Below are positions 43,223 to 53,789 of a DNA stretch of 64,000 nt, one piece after another. Numbering within the stretch: the first letter of the stretch is position 1; the number at the start of each line of letters is the position of its first letter. Under the pieces are notes generated by a model. It was not told the DNA's origin and did no database searches. It was given only the letters and a program-made list of their open reading frames with translations. Position numbers and translations under genes: made by a program. Source of the DNA: a virus. The stretch covers positions 32,001 through 96,000 of IMG/VR virus record IMGVR_UViG_3300025133_000030; one strand, given 5' to 3'.

Positions 43223-45895
43223 ATGAAAAATGATTTCTATAAATTGGTCCTTGAACAAGTTGAGGAAGCAACACGGCACAAGAAAGCCGGCGTCGAGCTT
43301 CCGAGCCAAGTCGAAGAGCTGGAAACTTACGTTCAAAATCCTGCAAAATACTTTATTACCTTTACTTCCGACTTGAGCACCAAATTAAAGAAGACAAATG
43401 AAATAAAAGGCCGAAGAAAGAGAAAAAAACACCCTGAGCGGAGTGGTTTGCCGTGGTGGAAAAAGATACCCGGGTCAACAAAGGGCCAAAAATCCCCAAC
43501 AATACCAAAACTGGGTATAAATCCGGCATCGGCCTATAATACCCCCAACGGAATATATAGTTACCCCTTAAATAGAAAAATATTTCAGCAATTACGACAA
43601 GGTCAGCTGCCATTTGCTCAAGATAAGCCTTATTTTTCTATTTTTGAAATAAGAGAAGGTAAAAATATAATAACCATTAACGATGATGGCCAAGTTGACG
43701 GACTCGGTGAACAAGAGTATCAAAATTACCTAGATAAGATAATATCAGATGACTTTTTTGACAAAATATCCCAAAAACGTATCCAAGGCCAGAAAGATTC
43801 TCAAAATTCCGAAGATTTTTGGAAAAATTACAAAAAAGCGCTTGATGCATCAAAAAATGTGGATTATTCTAATATTAAAGATGGATTTGGTGGGGAGTTC
43901 GTTAAGAAATATTTAAAACCAAGAATCGAAAGCATGGCGAGCTACCACAGAGTACATACAGCAAACTTAAGCAAAACAGGTCAAGTATATTTAGAGTTAA
44001 GTCGATTGCTCGACGAAGAATATGAAGGAACGCCGGATGATGTGGGAACAGATCGATATCAATACTTAGATAATTTCGAAATTTTCATAGAAGACTTGTC
44101 TGCTTTGTTGTTTGATTGGAATCTTACAACCAGAAAAGAGGAGGAGTCTGATCTTAGGCGCTCTGGGCTCGATTTGTTAGGCGCAAGAATATTCAAGAAA
44201 TCAGAAGACTGGAAGAATTTAAAGGGTATTGATGAGTGGTCAGAAAAAATAAAGAAAATTTCGGAAGAATCAGACCATTGGCTGGAACAAAAAACATATC
44301 CTCAACTGACAGAATTTGATATCCGGGCTGTGAGATCCGTATTTCAAGCCTATCAAGATTATATAGAAGAAGATGGTAGCGACTTACTGCCTGAAAGATT
44401 AATGCCACTATTAATCAGCACAGTGATTGCTGAAGTTCTTACTGTAAACAGCGAATTAGACGGTACGGGAACACAACCTAAAAAAGGAAAAATAGAAGAT
44501 TTTTTAGATCTTGAGGCACATGATAGAATTCATCCAAAAGATACCGATTTTATAAAAAATATAGAGAACTTAGCACTTATAGATACACCTTTTGGAAAGT
44601 TATGGGCAATAACTAGGATTTTGGCCGATACCGAAGCTGATCCTATGAGTACCAACAAATGGGCTAGGATTTGGAGAAACCTAGGAATAGACGGAATAAT
44701 AGACCTCGGCAGGGGACTGATTCACAGTAGCGAACCAAGTCAGGCTCTGTTTTTCAGTAGAAGCACAGTAAGAGAGGTCAAGTCATTCGACAATAAATCA
44801 ACTCCAGATAAACTTAGGCTTTACGGCGTTCACAAGAGGCTCCAAGGTCAATTGCGCGGTAACCTGTTCGCCATCGCTAGAAAAAATTATGGATCTTCAT
44901 CTTTACCAAAAGAATATTTTCAATTCTTACACGGACTTGTAAAATCTACTGCAATGAGAGGCAATATGGGATTAGAAAATCTTCATGCTATGATAATCAG
45001 GAACATGAATCACTTTCCAGCAACAAATGAAGATCTAAAGGCCCGACTCGAAGATAAAAATTACAAAAGAGGCAAGCCCGAACAAGACGATAGGCTAATA
45101 GACGGCTTTAGTTTGGGTAAGCTGGCTGTCAACGATATTGAAAGGGTGTATAATCTTGGGTTTTTGCCGCTTTTGTCTCCTGAGTATATAAATATGTTTT
45201 CTATTCGAGCCAAGAGCTACAATCATTGGATAAGACTTGGCCGGGAAAAGCGAGAATTGACAGGAGAATTTAATAAGGCAAACGCCCAGTTCTTCGGCGC
45301 TTTAAAAAAAGCAAAAGAAGAGGGAAATAATAAAGCCGTAGAAATAGCTAGAGGAATGTCAAGCGAAGTTCTCAATAGACTACAACTAGATGGGCCCACG
45401 TGGAGCACTATCAAGGGATACATAAAAGCTGCACAAACAGAGGGGATAAAAACTTTTAACTTGCTGAATATAGTAGGCAACCTTTCAAAACTAGATATGA
45501 CTCTAGAATCAGCAAAAGCCCTATATGAAGAAATAGGAGAATCAACGAGAGACATATCTGAAATAGAACAAACTGATGGCGCTGTAGTAGCACATATGTC
45601 TCTAAAGGAGAGGTACAAGACATTGTCTTCTCTCGTTGACTCTTTGCTTGGTGGAAATTTAAACGATAGTGCTTCTTTGTTGAAAATACAAAAAAGAGCT
45701 TTTCCTTGGAACCCTGATGGTTCATCCAAAGTCACCAAAGAACCAACGACGCCACCTTGGTTCTCCGAAGCCCGAGACGAAGAAGTGGGCATATATTTAG
45801 AGTCTAAGAGTAGCGTCAAAACAAAGAAAATAATCATGGCTGCAGAGGATATGGTAAATCCAGATATTCCAGCTCCATGGGAGATTAAGAAATGA
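43223..45895 (+). CDS. large putative virion protein, possible split ART-like domain
   Basis: 890 aa; NTPNGIYSYP and LGIDGIIDLG...IHSSEPSQALFF. Confidence 0.5.
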   Translation: MKNDFYKLVLEQVEEATRHKKAGVELPSQVEELETYVQNPAKYFITFTSDLSTKLKKTNEIKGRRKRKKHPERSGLPWWKKIPGSTKGQKSPTIPKLGINPASAYNTPNGIYSYPLNRKIFQQLRQGQLPFAQDKPYFSIFEIREGKNIITINDDGQVDGLGEQEYQNYLDKIISDDFFDKISQKRIQGQKDSQNSEDFWKNYKKALDASKNVDYSNIKDGFGGEFVKKYLKPRIESMASYHRVHTANLSKTGQVYLELSRLLDEEYEGTPDDVGTDRYQYLDNFEIFIEDLSALLFDWNLTTRKEEESDLRRSGLDLLGARIFKKSEDWKNLKGIDEWSEKIKKISEESDHWLEQKTYPQLTEFDIRAVRSVFQAYQDYIEEDGSDLLPERLMPLLISTVIAEVLTVNSELDGTGTQPKKGKIEDFLDLEAHDRIHPKDTDFIKNIENLALIDTPFGKLWAITRILADTEADPMSTNKWARIWRNLGIDGIIDLGRGLIHSSEPSQALFFSRSTVREVKSFDNKSTPDKLRLYGVHKRLQGQLRGNLFAIARKNYGSSSLPKEYFQFLHGLVKSTAMRGNMGLENLHAMIIRNMNHFPATNEDLKARLEDKNYKRGKPEQDDRLIDGFSLGKLAVNDIERVYNLGFLPLLSPEYINMFSIRAKSYNHWIRLGREKRELTGEFNKANAQFFGALKKAKEEGNNKAVEIARGMSSEVLNRLQLDGPTWSTIKGYIKAAQTEGIKTFNLLNIVGNLSKLDMTLESAKALYEEIGESTRDISEIEQTDGAVVAHMSLKERYKTLSSLVDSLLGGNLNDSASLLKIQKRAFPWNPDGSSKVTKEPTTPPWFSEARDEEVGIYLESKSSVKTKKIIMAAEDMVNPDIPAPWEIKK

Positions 45896-46083
45896 TATTG
45901 GAGTTTATTATGTTAGAATTTATAGTTATGAGTTTTGCCATAAACTTATTTGGACTTATCGGGCTGCATTTAGTCCAGAGTAAAATAAGGGAACAAATAC
46001 GTAGGGATATTTATCTTGCATCGCCGAGTGCAGTGAGAAAAAAGCTACGCGTCAGACAAGAATATAAAAAATTAACAAAATAA
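45892..46083 (+). CDS. hypothetical membrane protein
   Basis: ATGA overlap; TM segment. Confidence 0.55.
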   Translation: MILEFIMLEFIVMSFAINLFGLIGLHLVQSKIREQIRRDIYLASPSAVRKKLRVRQEYKKLTK

Positions 46084-46326
46084 ATGATAACAGGAAGTTA
46101 TAGCCCCGTAGGCGCACAAGAAGTGATGAATTACTTTTTTGGCATCGGGTCTTCTTCTATAGAACCAGCGTCGGAGGAAGAGCAGCTAACATTTAGTTCT
46201 CTACTTGACGCGGCGCCCCCGTTAGCTGTAGATTTTTTAAATTGTTGGCTTATATTAAAAAATAAACCCCGACTTCCTAGGAATTATTTAATGAATCCTC
46301 AGGAAGATGATATAATCCACAAATAA
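46084..46326 (+). CDS. hypothetical protein
   Basis: ORF. Confidence 0.45.
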   Translation: MITGSYSPVGAQEVMNYFFGIGSSSIEPASEEEQLTFSSLLDAAPPLAVDFLNCWLILKNKPRLPRNYLMNPQEDDIIHK

Positions 46327-46353
46327 CCAATACTATTCATCAAGGGGTACAAA

Positions 46354-47352
46354 ATGAATGCTGATATTATTGTAGATCTTCAATATGGCGATTGCGGAAA
46401 GGGCAAAGTCGCTCACCATCTTTGCAAGTCTGGAAAATATACACATGTTGTACGCTATAACGGCGGCTGTAACGCTGGTCACACCATTTATCATGAGGGT
46501 AAAAAATTTGTTACGCATCACATTCCTTGTGGCGTCTTTTTTGGAATAAGATCGATCATCGGACCCGGGTGTGTCGTTAATGTTGATCAATTTTTCAAAG
46601 AAATAAAAGAATTAGAAGCTGCAGGTATAAACACCGCCGGTCTTGTTAAGATTGCAGCCAATACTCATGTCATTACAGACTTTCATATAAAACAAGATCA
46701 AAAAGATGAAGAAATAGGCACCACAAAAAGAGGAAACGGCCCTGCATATAGAGATAAATATGCTAGAAAGGGAGTACAAGCTCTGGAAGTGCCTGAACTT
46801 GACGAATATTTGATAGATATGTACGAGGAATTATACCACAACGATGATGTGAAAGAGGTCAATATACTATTTGAAGGAGCCCAAGGGTTTGGTCTTGACG
46901 TTGATTGGGGAGATTACCCCTATGTTACATCGAGCCACTGCACAGTCGGGGGAGCGATATTGAACGGAGTGCCGCCCAAATCAATAGAAGATGTATGGGG
47001 TGTTGCTAAAATATATGAAACTTATGTCGGAGCGAAACTGTTCGAAGGTATAGATGTTGCATTTGAAAAAATAAGAAATTATGGTGAAGAATATGGTGCA
47101 ACGACGGGAAGACCTAGACAGATTAATTGGATGGACTGGAGGTTGTTAAACCAAGCTATTGATATAAACGGAGTAAATAAGCTGATTATCAACAAACTTG
47201 ATGTGCTAGAAAAGGTTGGAGTATATAAAATATACGACGGCATAGAATTACTAGAATTTGACTCGATTGGCGATATGGAGTATTGGATTGCTGATAATTT
47301 AAAGTCTAAAGATGTTGAGATAATATTTTCACGAAACAAAGACGGTTTCTGA
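46354..47352 (+). CDS. purA: adenylosuccinate synthetase (short form)
   Basis: QYGDCGKGK, GGCNAGHT, EGAQG, YPYVTSS, GATTGRPR, KLD. Confidence 0.95.
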   Translation: MNADIIVDLQYGDCGKGKVAHHLCKSGKYTHVVRYNGGCNAGHTIYHEGKKFVTHHIPCGVFFGIRSIIGPGCVVNVDQFFKEIKELEAAGINTAGLVKIAANTHVITDFHIKQDQKDEEIGTTKRGNGPAYRDKYARKGVQALEVPELDEYLIDMYEELYHNDDVKEVNILFEGAQGFGLDVDWGDYPYVTSSHCTVGGAILNGVPPKSIEDVWGVAKIYETYVGAKLFEGIDVAFEKIRNYGEEYGATTGRPRQINWMDWRLLNQAIDINGVNKLIINKLDVLEKVGVYKIYDGIELLEFDSIGDMEYWIADNLKSKDVEIIFSRNKDGF

Positions 47353-47395
47353 ACTAGTTATGTGAGTACTGGTGTATCTTTTTTGGGGGACTCAT

Positions 47396-48223
47396 ATGTC
47401 AACTTACCGAACTATTTTTGAAATTTTTGATAATTTTGTCAAAACCGAAGAACTTAAAGAAATAGAGAGAAGAGGAAGAAGAGAAAGAGGAAAAAAAACT
47501 CAAGGCCTTGAAGTCCTCGATGATATTGCTGGATCTAAATTAGGTTCGCCGGTGGCGGATCATCCAGATTGGAAAGATTTGTGGGCGGATATTTACACAT
47601 TAGCAGATAATGACCCTGTTGCAACAGACGGTGAAAAAGAAGAAGTAGCAAACCTTGCGGTAGCACATGCGCTGACCAAAGATATATCCCCAGAAGAATA
47701 TAAGAAGGAATATGTTAGCGCGCCCTCACCTAAAATGAATGATTTTACCAGCCAGCCCGGGACGGTCTCAGGATATGTCGACTCTCTTAAGAGTATATTA
47801 GCTTCTGGTGAAAATGACCTAGCAGCTACTGAAGATGAGCCTGAAGATGGAGACGTTGTTCCAGATTTCGACGACCCTCGATTTGACGGGGGAGAATCAG
47901 AAAGAGAACCAGAATCAGAGTCACCTTCGAGAGTGTCTGTACAGAACGATATATTAGATCCTCTTTCCAAGTCTTACCCGGGAGTATACGATCATTATTC
48001 CAACCTTATGCGTATGACAGGTAAAAAAGTGGTAGAGCCAACTGATGGCACCATCAGCACTAGAGATCTCGCGAATATTATCGGAAAGATTGCATCGCCA
48101 GAAGATACTGAAAAAATCGTAAAACTAGCAACGAACAAGAAGATCGTCGCCGAGCAAGCATTAAAAACTTATATAGAAATAATTTTGGAGAAGACACTCC
48201 GTGAGCGCAATAAAAACACTTAA
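47396..48223 (+). CDS. hypothetical acidic (virion-type) protein
   Basis: ACTAGTTA upstream; GGGGG RBS. Confidence 0.6.
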   Translation: MSTYRTIFEIFDNFVKTEELKEIERRGRRERGKKTQGLEVLDDIAGSKLGSPVADHPDWKDLWADIYTLADNDPVATDGEKEEVANLAVAHALTKDISPEEYKKEYVSAPSPKMNDFTSQPGTVSGYVDSLKSILASGENDLAATEDEPEDGDVVPDFDDPRFDGGESEREPESESPSRVSVQNDILDPLSKSYPGVYDHYSNLMRMTGKKVVEPTDGTISTRDLANIIGKIASPEDTEKIVKLATNKKIVAEQALKTYIEIILEKTLRERNKNT

Positions 48224-50834
48224 ATACCTAAAAGATAGTCTCTTATCTCATTGTCAAGAACAATTGAACATCAAAGAGGTGCCTCACATTTCTTTTGTTG
48301 AGGATATTAATAATGCAGAAAATATATTAGGGAAAACTGCCTACTATGATCCAAACAATAGCGAAATAACAGTATTTGTAACCAACAGGCACCCAAAAGA
48401 TATCTTCAGATCTGTTGCTCACGAGATAGTTCACCATGAACAAAACGAAAGAGGCGAAATGGACCCAGAGCTTGTCGGAGAGTATGGAGAAGGATATGCT
48501 CAAACTAATAAACATCTTAGAAACCTAGAAAAGGAAGCTTATTTAGTTGGTAATATACTGTTTAGAGACTGGGAAGATAAAATAAAAAAGGACAACCACA
48601 CAGCTATGAGAGAGACCCCGATGGTTAACCCAAAAAATCTTTTAATGGAAGGCGGAGCTGCAGGGCATATGAGGCACCCTTTTGATTTACCGTCTGTGAA
48701 GACTGGTCAAGATCTTATCGAATTTTTCGAAAAAGCCGCAAACTACGTAAAAGAAAACCCAGCTAGTGTTAAAATTGATGGTGTCAATGTCAGCTTTAAA
48801 CTCGTGGAGGGCCCTTCCGGCAAGGAATTCGCAGTTGATCGAGGGAGTTTGAAACCAATCGACATAGAGGGAATAACTTTAGATAGATTGGGGGAGAGAT
48901 TTCCAGAAGGTCACGGTATGCGTGACGCTGTGGGGACTCTTTTATCTATATTCAATAAGGCAATACCGGATATACAAAGAGAGTTAAAAGAATTAGGAAT
49001 GTGGGATGATCCCACAAGATTTTTCAATACTGAGTATGTATCAAAAACGACCAATGTTACAGAATATGATCACAATTTCTTAGCTATTCATGGTATTAAT
49101 CAATTTTACCAAAAGAAGCATTCAAGATCTGGAGCCGTTCGGCCGGGACTACACAGGCCAGATGGATTAAAGGACCCATCAACTGAAGTGGAATATTCTC
49201 CCGATGTGTTGAGTAGATTAATAAGCAAAGTTGCTCCCATTGCTAAATCTGCAGATTTTGAAGTATATAGTGATATACCAACATCTGCAATAGAAGACGA
49301 AAAAATTGATATGTCATCCGGACTAAAAGACGCGCTTAATCAAAATTTCTCTATAATAGGTCGCGATAATGCATACGAGAACAGTCTCGGAACTTGGCTG
49401 GCTTCTGCAGAGAATCCCGTTGATGAAAAAGTTATGTTAAAAGATGGTCGCAAAGTCGGAGCCTTATCTAAGTTAGTTTATACTGAAGTCTTGGGTGGTA
49501 CATCATTATTTGATTTATTGGCTGACGAGGATGATGTCAAATCAGCTATTGACGGTGCAGTCTTTTACCATGCCACAAGGATGTTGGGAAATGTGATTTT
49601 AAGGGCCCTAACAAGCGCTCTGGGGGACGTTGTCGACCACGAGGGGGTAGTACTAAGGGACGTCTCCTTATTTGGTCCAGCGCCTGTTAAAATCACTGGT
49701 GAATTTATACTCGGAGGCATGGCAACGGGATTCAGAGAATCTTTGGAGCTTAACGAGGCATTAAGCCCTCCGGTTGAACCGAAAATATCTGGCCACATAC
49801 TGATGATACCCGGAGGATTCAAGCCGCCCCATAAAGGCCACCTAAGCATGATCCAGCAAGCTATCGATTCGGCAGACCCAAATCCATCCAAAGTTGTTAT
49901 ATTTACAGGTGAGAGCGCGCGTGGGAATTTTACACTTCAACAGACCCTTAAGGTTTTGCCTATCTTTTTTGAAGCAGCAGGAATGAAAGGGTTTGATATA
50001 TCGGTTGTACCGGTTGGCGAAGAAACAATGGAAGACATGTATGGCCAACCTAAGGTGTATGCCTCAAACAAGGCGAATATAAAGAAAGGCCGTGTAGGAA
50101 AGCCAATGACAACTCCTAGCCCAATGAATGCGATGATAAAATATGCATTGAATCCTAGAGAAGTTCCTGACAACTATAAGGTCTCTGTAGCTTTTAGTGC
50201 TGACGACCCCCAACACGGAAATACTGTAGAGGTGATTAAGAATTTCGCAGAAGCCAGAGGCAGAATGATTCATTCTCAAGCCATCGTATTGGACCGCGTT
50301 GCTGATGAAGAATTAACAAAAGTTTCTGGGAAGCTGCAAAAAGTTAGCTCTAGTAGTCTTCGGCCGGCAATTGAAAACGGAGATTTTGAAAAATTTAAAA
50401 CTTTCATGCCTAGAGAGCTTGAAGAAGAAGATATAGAATATATCTGGACTGATATTTATGGTAAAGATATGCCCGAACCAGAGGAGGATTCCGCTCCCTT
50501 GACTTTTGAGGGTCTTTTTGGTTTGGTGGGTTCATTGTTAGAAGAAGATTTTCAATCAAAAATGAAAAAAAGACTAAAAAAAGCTCACGAAGACCTGCTC
50601 GATGGTGGACCCCAAAAAAAGGGAAACTACGGAGAAAAAAGAGGCGGATATCCCACATCTAACGCCTTCGTAGCAAAGGAAAATCAAGATCAAGACGAGG
50701 AAACAGTCGAAGAAACTAGCTCAATGGGCGGCGGCAATGTTCATATTGGCGCTGGGTCTTTTATTGAGTTTACTGATAAAGATAACGAAGAGCACAAAAA
50801 GACTGTTCAAAAGAAAAATAAGAAAACTAATTAA
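48201..50834 (+). CDS. multidomain protein: HExxH domain, KxDG ligase-like domain, HIGH-type cytidylyltransferase
   Basis: AHEIVH...EKEA; SVKIDG; PGGFKPPHKGH; VSSSSLR. Confidence 0.65.
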   Translation: MSAIKTLKYLKDSLLSHCQEQLNIKEVPHISFVEDINNAENILGKTAYYDPNNSEITVFVTNRHPKDIFRSVAHEIVHHEQNERGEMDPELVGEYGEGYAQTNKHLRNLEKEAYLVGNILFRDWEDKIKKDNHTAMRETPMVNPKNLLMEGGAAGHMRHPFDLPSVKTGQDLIEFFEKAANYVKENPASVKIDGVNVSFKLVEGPSGKEFAVDRGSLKPIDIEGITLDRLGERFPEGHGMRDAVGTLLSIFNKAIPDIQRELKELGMWDDPTRFFNTEYVSKTTNVTEYDHNFLAIHGINQFYQKKHSRSGAVRPGLHRPDGLKDPSTEVEYSPDVLSRLISKVAPIAKSADFEVYSDIPTSAIEDEKIDMSSGLKDALNQNFSIIGRDNAYENSLGTWLASAENPVDEKVMLKDGRKVGALSKLVYTEVLGGTSLFDLLADEDDVKSAIDGAVFYHATRMLGNVILRALTSALGDVVDHEGVVLRDVSLFGPAPVKITGEFILGGMATGFRESLELNEALSPPVEPKISGHILMIPGGFKPPHKGHLSMIQQAIDSADPNPSKVVIFTGESARGNFTLQQTLKVLPIFFEAAGMKGFDISVVPVGEETMEDMYGQPKVYASNKANIKKGRVGKPMTTPSPMNAMIKYALNPREVPDNYKVSVAFSADDPQHGNTVEVIKNFAEARGRMIHSQAIVLDRVADEELTKVSGKLQKVSSSSLRPAIENGDFEKFKTFMPRELEEEDIEYIWTDIYGKDMPEPEEDSAPLTFEGLFGLVGSLLEEDFQSKMKKRLKKAHEDLLDGGPQKKGNYGEKRGGYPTSNAFVAKENQDQDEETVEETSSMGGGNVHIGAGSFIEFTDKDNEEHKKTVQKKNKKTN

Positions 50835-50856
50835 ACTAGAATTTGGAGATGAATAT

Positions 50857-51819
50857 ATGTCGTCTAGAGAACAATTTGCCGACGAAATAGCCCTCAGGGA
50901 AAACATACGTAAAATCATTGGCATTTCAAGAAATCGTAAAAACAAAGCCACGAGAGATATTATAATCAGTGAATTAAATCTTCGTTGCGCATTGCAGGAT
51001 CTCATCTTCCAAGAAACGGTAGGATTACTAAAAGAGGGTGATAAGAAATTATACCCAAATACTGGTTTAAATAAATTATCTGATGCTTTTGCTCTAACAA
51101 TTGAGAAGATTGGTGATAAATATAAAGCACTTCAAACTAATGACATACAGAGGAGAGCTTTCGTGGTACATTTGGAAGCAGCTTTTTCCAACCTTGAAAG
51201 TCAATTAATCAATCAAGATGCTGCAGCTGATGAAGCCGAGCAAGATCTACAAGAAGAGGACGAAATGACTGTCAAGGTTGAAAAGGAGCCATTCCTTTTC
51301 AACAAAGCGGAAGAAGAGCCAGATCCAGAACCGGAAGAGACCTCTCCTTCTATTGATGGCAAAAGAGGGCCTGAACTCAAGAAAGAGATTCAAAAGTTCT
51401 TTCAAGAAGTCTCACCCACAGGTGAAAATATTGACGATTGGCAAGAAGGTAGAGAAAGAGCTGAGGAAGCTTGGGCTGAAAACGGTTGGGCTTTTGCTGA
51501 GTATTTTCCTAGATCAAAAGATGACCAAAGCATGTTTATAAAGTGGCGCAAAGAAAACTTCAAGGAGTTTTACAAGACATGGGAAGACGAAATAGCCGGC
51601 CCTGAAACTGTTGGATTAGATATAGATAACAGCACACCAGAGCCTGAAATTTCATCAGAGCTGCCTCCAGCAGGCCTCGGTGATCAAGAAGTTTTCTCTG
51701 AGGATGGGATAGGATCAATGCCATCTCCCATATATGATGATACCGAATTCCGAGAAGATGTAGAGGCCTTCATAGCAGAGGAGGAGGACTTCGATTCCTT
51801 CTTATCGAGAATCTTTTAA
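50857..51819 (+). CDS. hypothetical acidic (virion-type) protein
   Basis: GGAG RBS; ACTAATTA upstream; LRENIRKII. Confidence 0.65.
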   Translation: MSSREQFADEIALRENIRKIIGISRNRKNKATRDIIISELNLRCALQDLIFQETVGLLKEGDKKLYPNTGLNKLSDAFALTIEKIGDKYKALQTNDIQRRAFVVHLEAAFSNLESQLINQDAAADEAEQDLQEEDEMTVKVEKEPFLFNKAEEEPDPEPEETSPSIDGKRGPELKKEIQKFFQEVSPTGENIDDWQEGRERAEEAWAENGWAFAEYFPRSKDDQSMFIKWRKENFKEFYKTWEDEIAGPETVGLDIDNSTPEPEISSELPPAGLGDQEVFSEDGIGSMPSPIYDDTEFREDVEAFIAEEEDFDSFLSRIF

Positions 51820-51873
51820 AAAATATCTTGAATTCATAATCGATATATGATATGTTATATACCTGAAGTATGA

Positions 51874-52236
51874 ATGGTTATGATCAAAAAGAAGATTCCA
51901 GACTATAATAAAGGTAGAAACCACTACCAAAGTATATCTAAAAAACTAAGAAAAGAAAAAAAGATAGATACAAACTTTGAAGTTAAATTTTCTAGTCTAA
52001 CATTAGAAGAAATTATAGCTCTTAAGTTAGAATTGTCTGCCAGCATGGTAAGAGGTAAATTGTTTGGCCTACCTATAGCTTCAAATATCAATACCCTAAT
52101 TAAAGATTCCTTAATTAAATTTGCCCTCTCAGCTACAAATTCCCATAAAGAGGCCGCTAATCTTTTAGGTTTATCAGTTAGAGAATTAAAGCGCTTTATA
52201 AAAAAATATAAAGTAAATGAATATTTAGATCCCTAA
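51874..52236 (+). CDS. Fis-like HTH protein
   Basis: FALSATNSHKEAANLLGLSVRELKRFIKKY. Confidence 0.65.
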   Translation: MVMIKKKIPDYNKGRNHYQSISKKLRKEKKIDTNFEVKFSSLTLEEIIALKLELSASMVRGKLFGLPIASNINTLIKDSLIKFALSATNSHKEAANLLGLSVRELKRFIKKYKVNEYLDP

Positions 52237-52264
52237 TTATAGTTATACTTAGGAGAGATTCATT

Positions 52265-52360
52265 ATGAAAAAATTAATACATAAATCAGTTACATTGTTA
52301 GATTCAGAGCATTGCTGCAGCTGTTGCGGATGTTGTGCATGCGAAAGTGGCTGCTGTTAA
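52265..52360 (+). CDS. 31-aa Cys-rich peptide (metallothionein- or RiPP-like)
   Basis: AGGAGAG RBS; HCCSCCGCCACESGCC. Confidence 0.6.
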   Translation: MKKLIHKSVTLLDSEHCCSCCGCCACESGCC

Positions 52361-52371
52361 AGGAGAAGAAG

Positions 52372-52488
52372 ATGCCAAAATTTTATGGACAAAATAAAAA
52401 ACGAATAGATCCAAGGTATTTCTTAAATGAAACGCAAACCATCAAGCCATTGATAAACCGCCGCAACCTTGCTGGACCACGAAGGTAA
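52372..52488 (+). CDS. short ORF with KRIDPRYFLNE N-terminus (possibly truncated)
   Basis: AAAGGAG RBS; 38 aa. Confidence 0.4.
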   Translation: MPKFYGQNKKRIDPRYFLNETQTIKPLINRRNLAGPRR

Positions 52489-52639
52489 TTTTCCGCGAGA
52501 CCGGTCATGGACAAGTCCGTCGACTGCCACCGCGGTGGGTCAAGATTTCGAGGCGCCTCGCCCTAGGTTGCCCCGATCGGGATTCCTCGACTAAAACTCT
52601 TGATCAATAAAGATTTTTATGCTATATTTAAAAAATAAT

Positions 52640-52943
52640 GGGGGTGAACAGGTATCGACAGGGTAAGGATAATAATACGTGCAAGGCTGTGTGAGTGAGG
52701 ACACAGTAAAAACACTCAAAACTATAAATGCCAATGATAACATTGAAATTTTCGAGGACTTTGCGCTTGCCGCATAGTTCTTGAGGAGGTTTCCAGATAC
52801 CTTCTTAATCGAACATCTGGATTTGTTATATTTTGTGATATATTTGGTGCTCAATGGCTGTCTAGGGCCAGATCTAGACTAATCTTGTGAATGACGTGTT
52901 ATTTGAGATGTTCTGGACGCGGGTTCGACTCCCGCCACCTCCA
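52640..52943 (+). ncRNA. ssrA: tmRNA; tag peptide ANDNIEIFEDFALAA
   Basis: GGGGGTG/CACCTCC acceptor with G3-U pair, GGTATCGAC, T-arm GGTTCGACTCC, tag ORF 52730-52777. Confidence 0.95.
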
Positions 52944-53059
52944 CTAGTTTTAAAACTCCAAAAAATGTTCCGTTACCATACGTGTCAAATAGTTTTGGTT
53001 GCATATACGTTCTTCGATCTGTTTTTGTTTCTGAGGGAGATTAAATTATACAGTATATA

Positions 53060-53377
53060 ATGATACAATTGAATATGATCAATATATTATTAAGCATTAT
53101 GCTACTTGCTCCCGTGACCGCAACTTACCAATCGACCAAAGCCAAGGTTGTGCAAAACAAGAAACAAAAACAAAAACCTCGCCGATTAAAGAAGCGCTCT
53201 TATTACAAGAAATATAAGAATCGCAAACACAAAACAAGAAAAGTTTATCATCGAGCAAAGCCAAAACCCAAAGCAGTCAAACCAAAGCAGATCAAGAAAG
53301 CAATAAAAAGAAAACCCAATGAATACAATCGCATGATTGATCTCTGGGTGATTGATGTACTCAACAATAAATTGTAG
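53060..53377 (+). CDS. Lys-rich exported protein
   Basis: signal peptide; very basic. Confidence 0.55.
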   Translation: MIQLNMINILLSIMLLAPVTATYQSTKAKVVQNKKQKQKPRRLKKRSYYKKYKNRKHKTRKVYHRAKPKPKAVKPKQIKKAIKRKPNEYNRMIDLWVIDVLNNKL

Positions 53378-53452
53378 CTTCTATTACTCCACCTCCATCA
53401 AATTATCACACAACTGTTACGTATTTATGGGAAGAGTATATCTACATATAAT

Positions 53453-53743
53453 ATGAAACAGTTTTTGTTTATATTGTTGCTGCTCTTTTCTATTCCTGCA
53501 GCCAGTCATCCAAAATTTTGGTTTTCTAATAAAGCCGAGATAGGTTTTGGTAAAGTTTTTATCAACGAGACTGTGACTGTAAAAGAGGGTATTTTCACAA
53601 AAAATAGACTCGCGACCGGCCTAAAATTTAAAGTGTCTGATACTATCAGATATAAAACCTTCTATCTTCTAGAAAATAAACGGAAAAATAACTGGGCAAA
53701 AGACCACTTCCTAGGGGCTATGCTTGAGTTTAGACTTAAATGA
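53453..53743 (+). CDS. small exported beta-strand protein
   Basis: signal peptide; alternating hydrophobic strands. Confidence 0.55.
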   Translation: MKQFLFILLLLFSIPAASHPKFWFSNKAEIGFGKVFINETVTVKEGIFTKNRLATGLKFKVSDTIRYKTFYLLENKRKNNWAKDHFLGAMLEFRLK

Positions 53744-53789
53744 GCGACCACAGTTAGGTTTTTTTCATTCTTTGGTGACTAATTAAGGT

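Noticed and set aside
52489-52594. GC-rich stretch as a frameshifted continuation of ORF 52372 or as an ncRNA
   Set aside because: Two alternative frames are open but have no recognisable motif or convincing stems; cannot be supported.
52591-52854. Minus-strand 87-aa ORF
   Set aside because: Antisense to the tmRNA.
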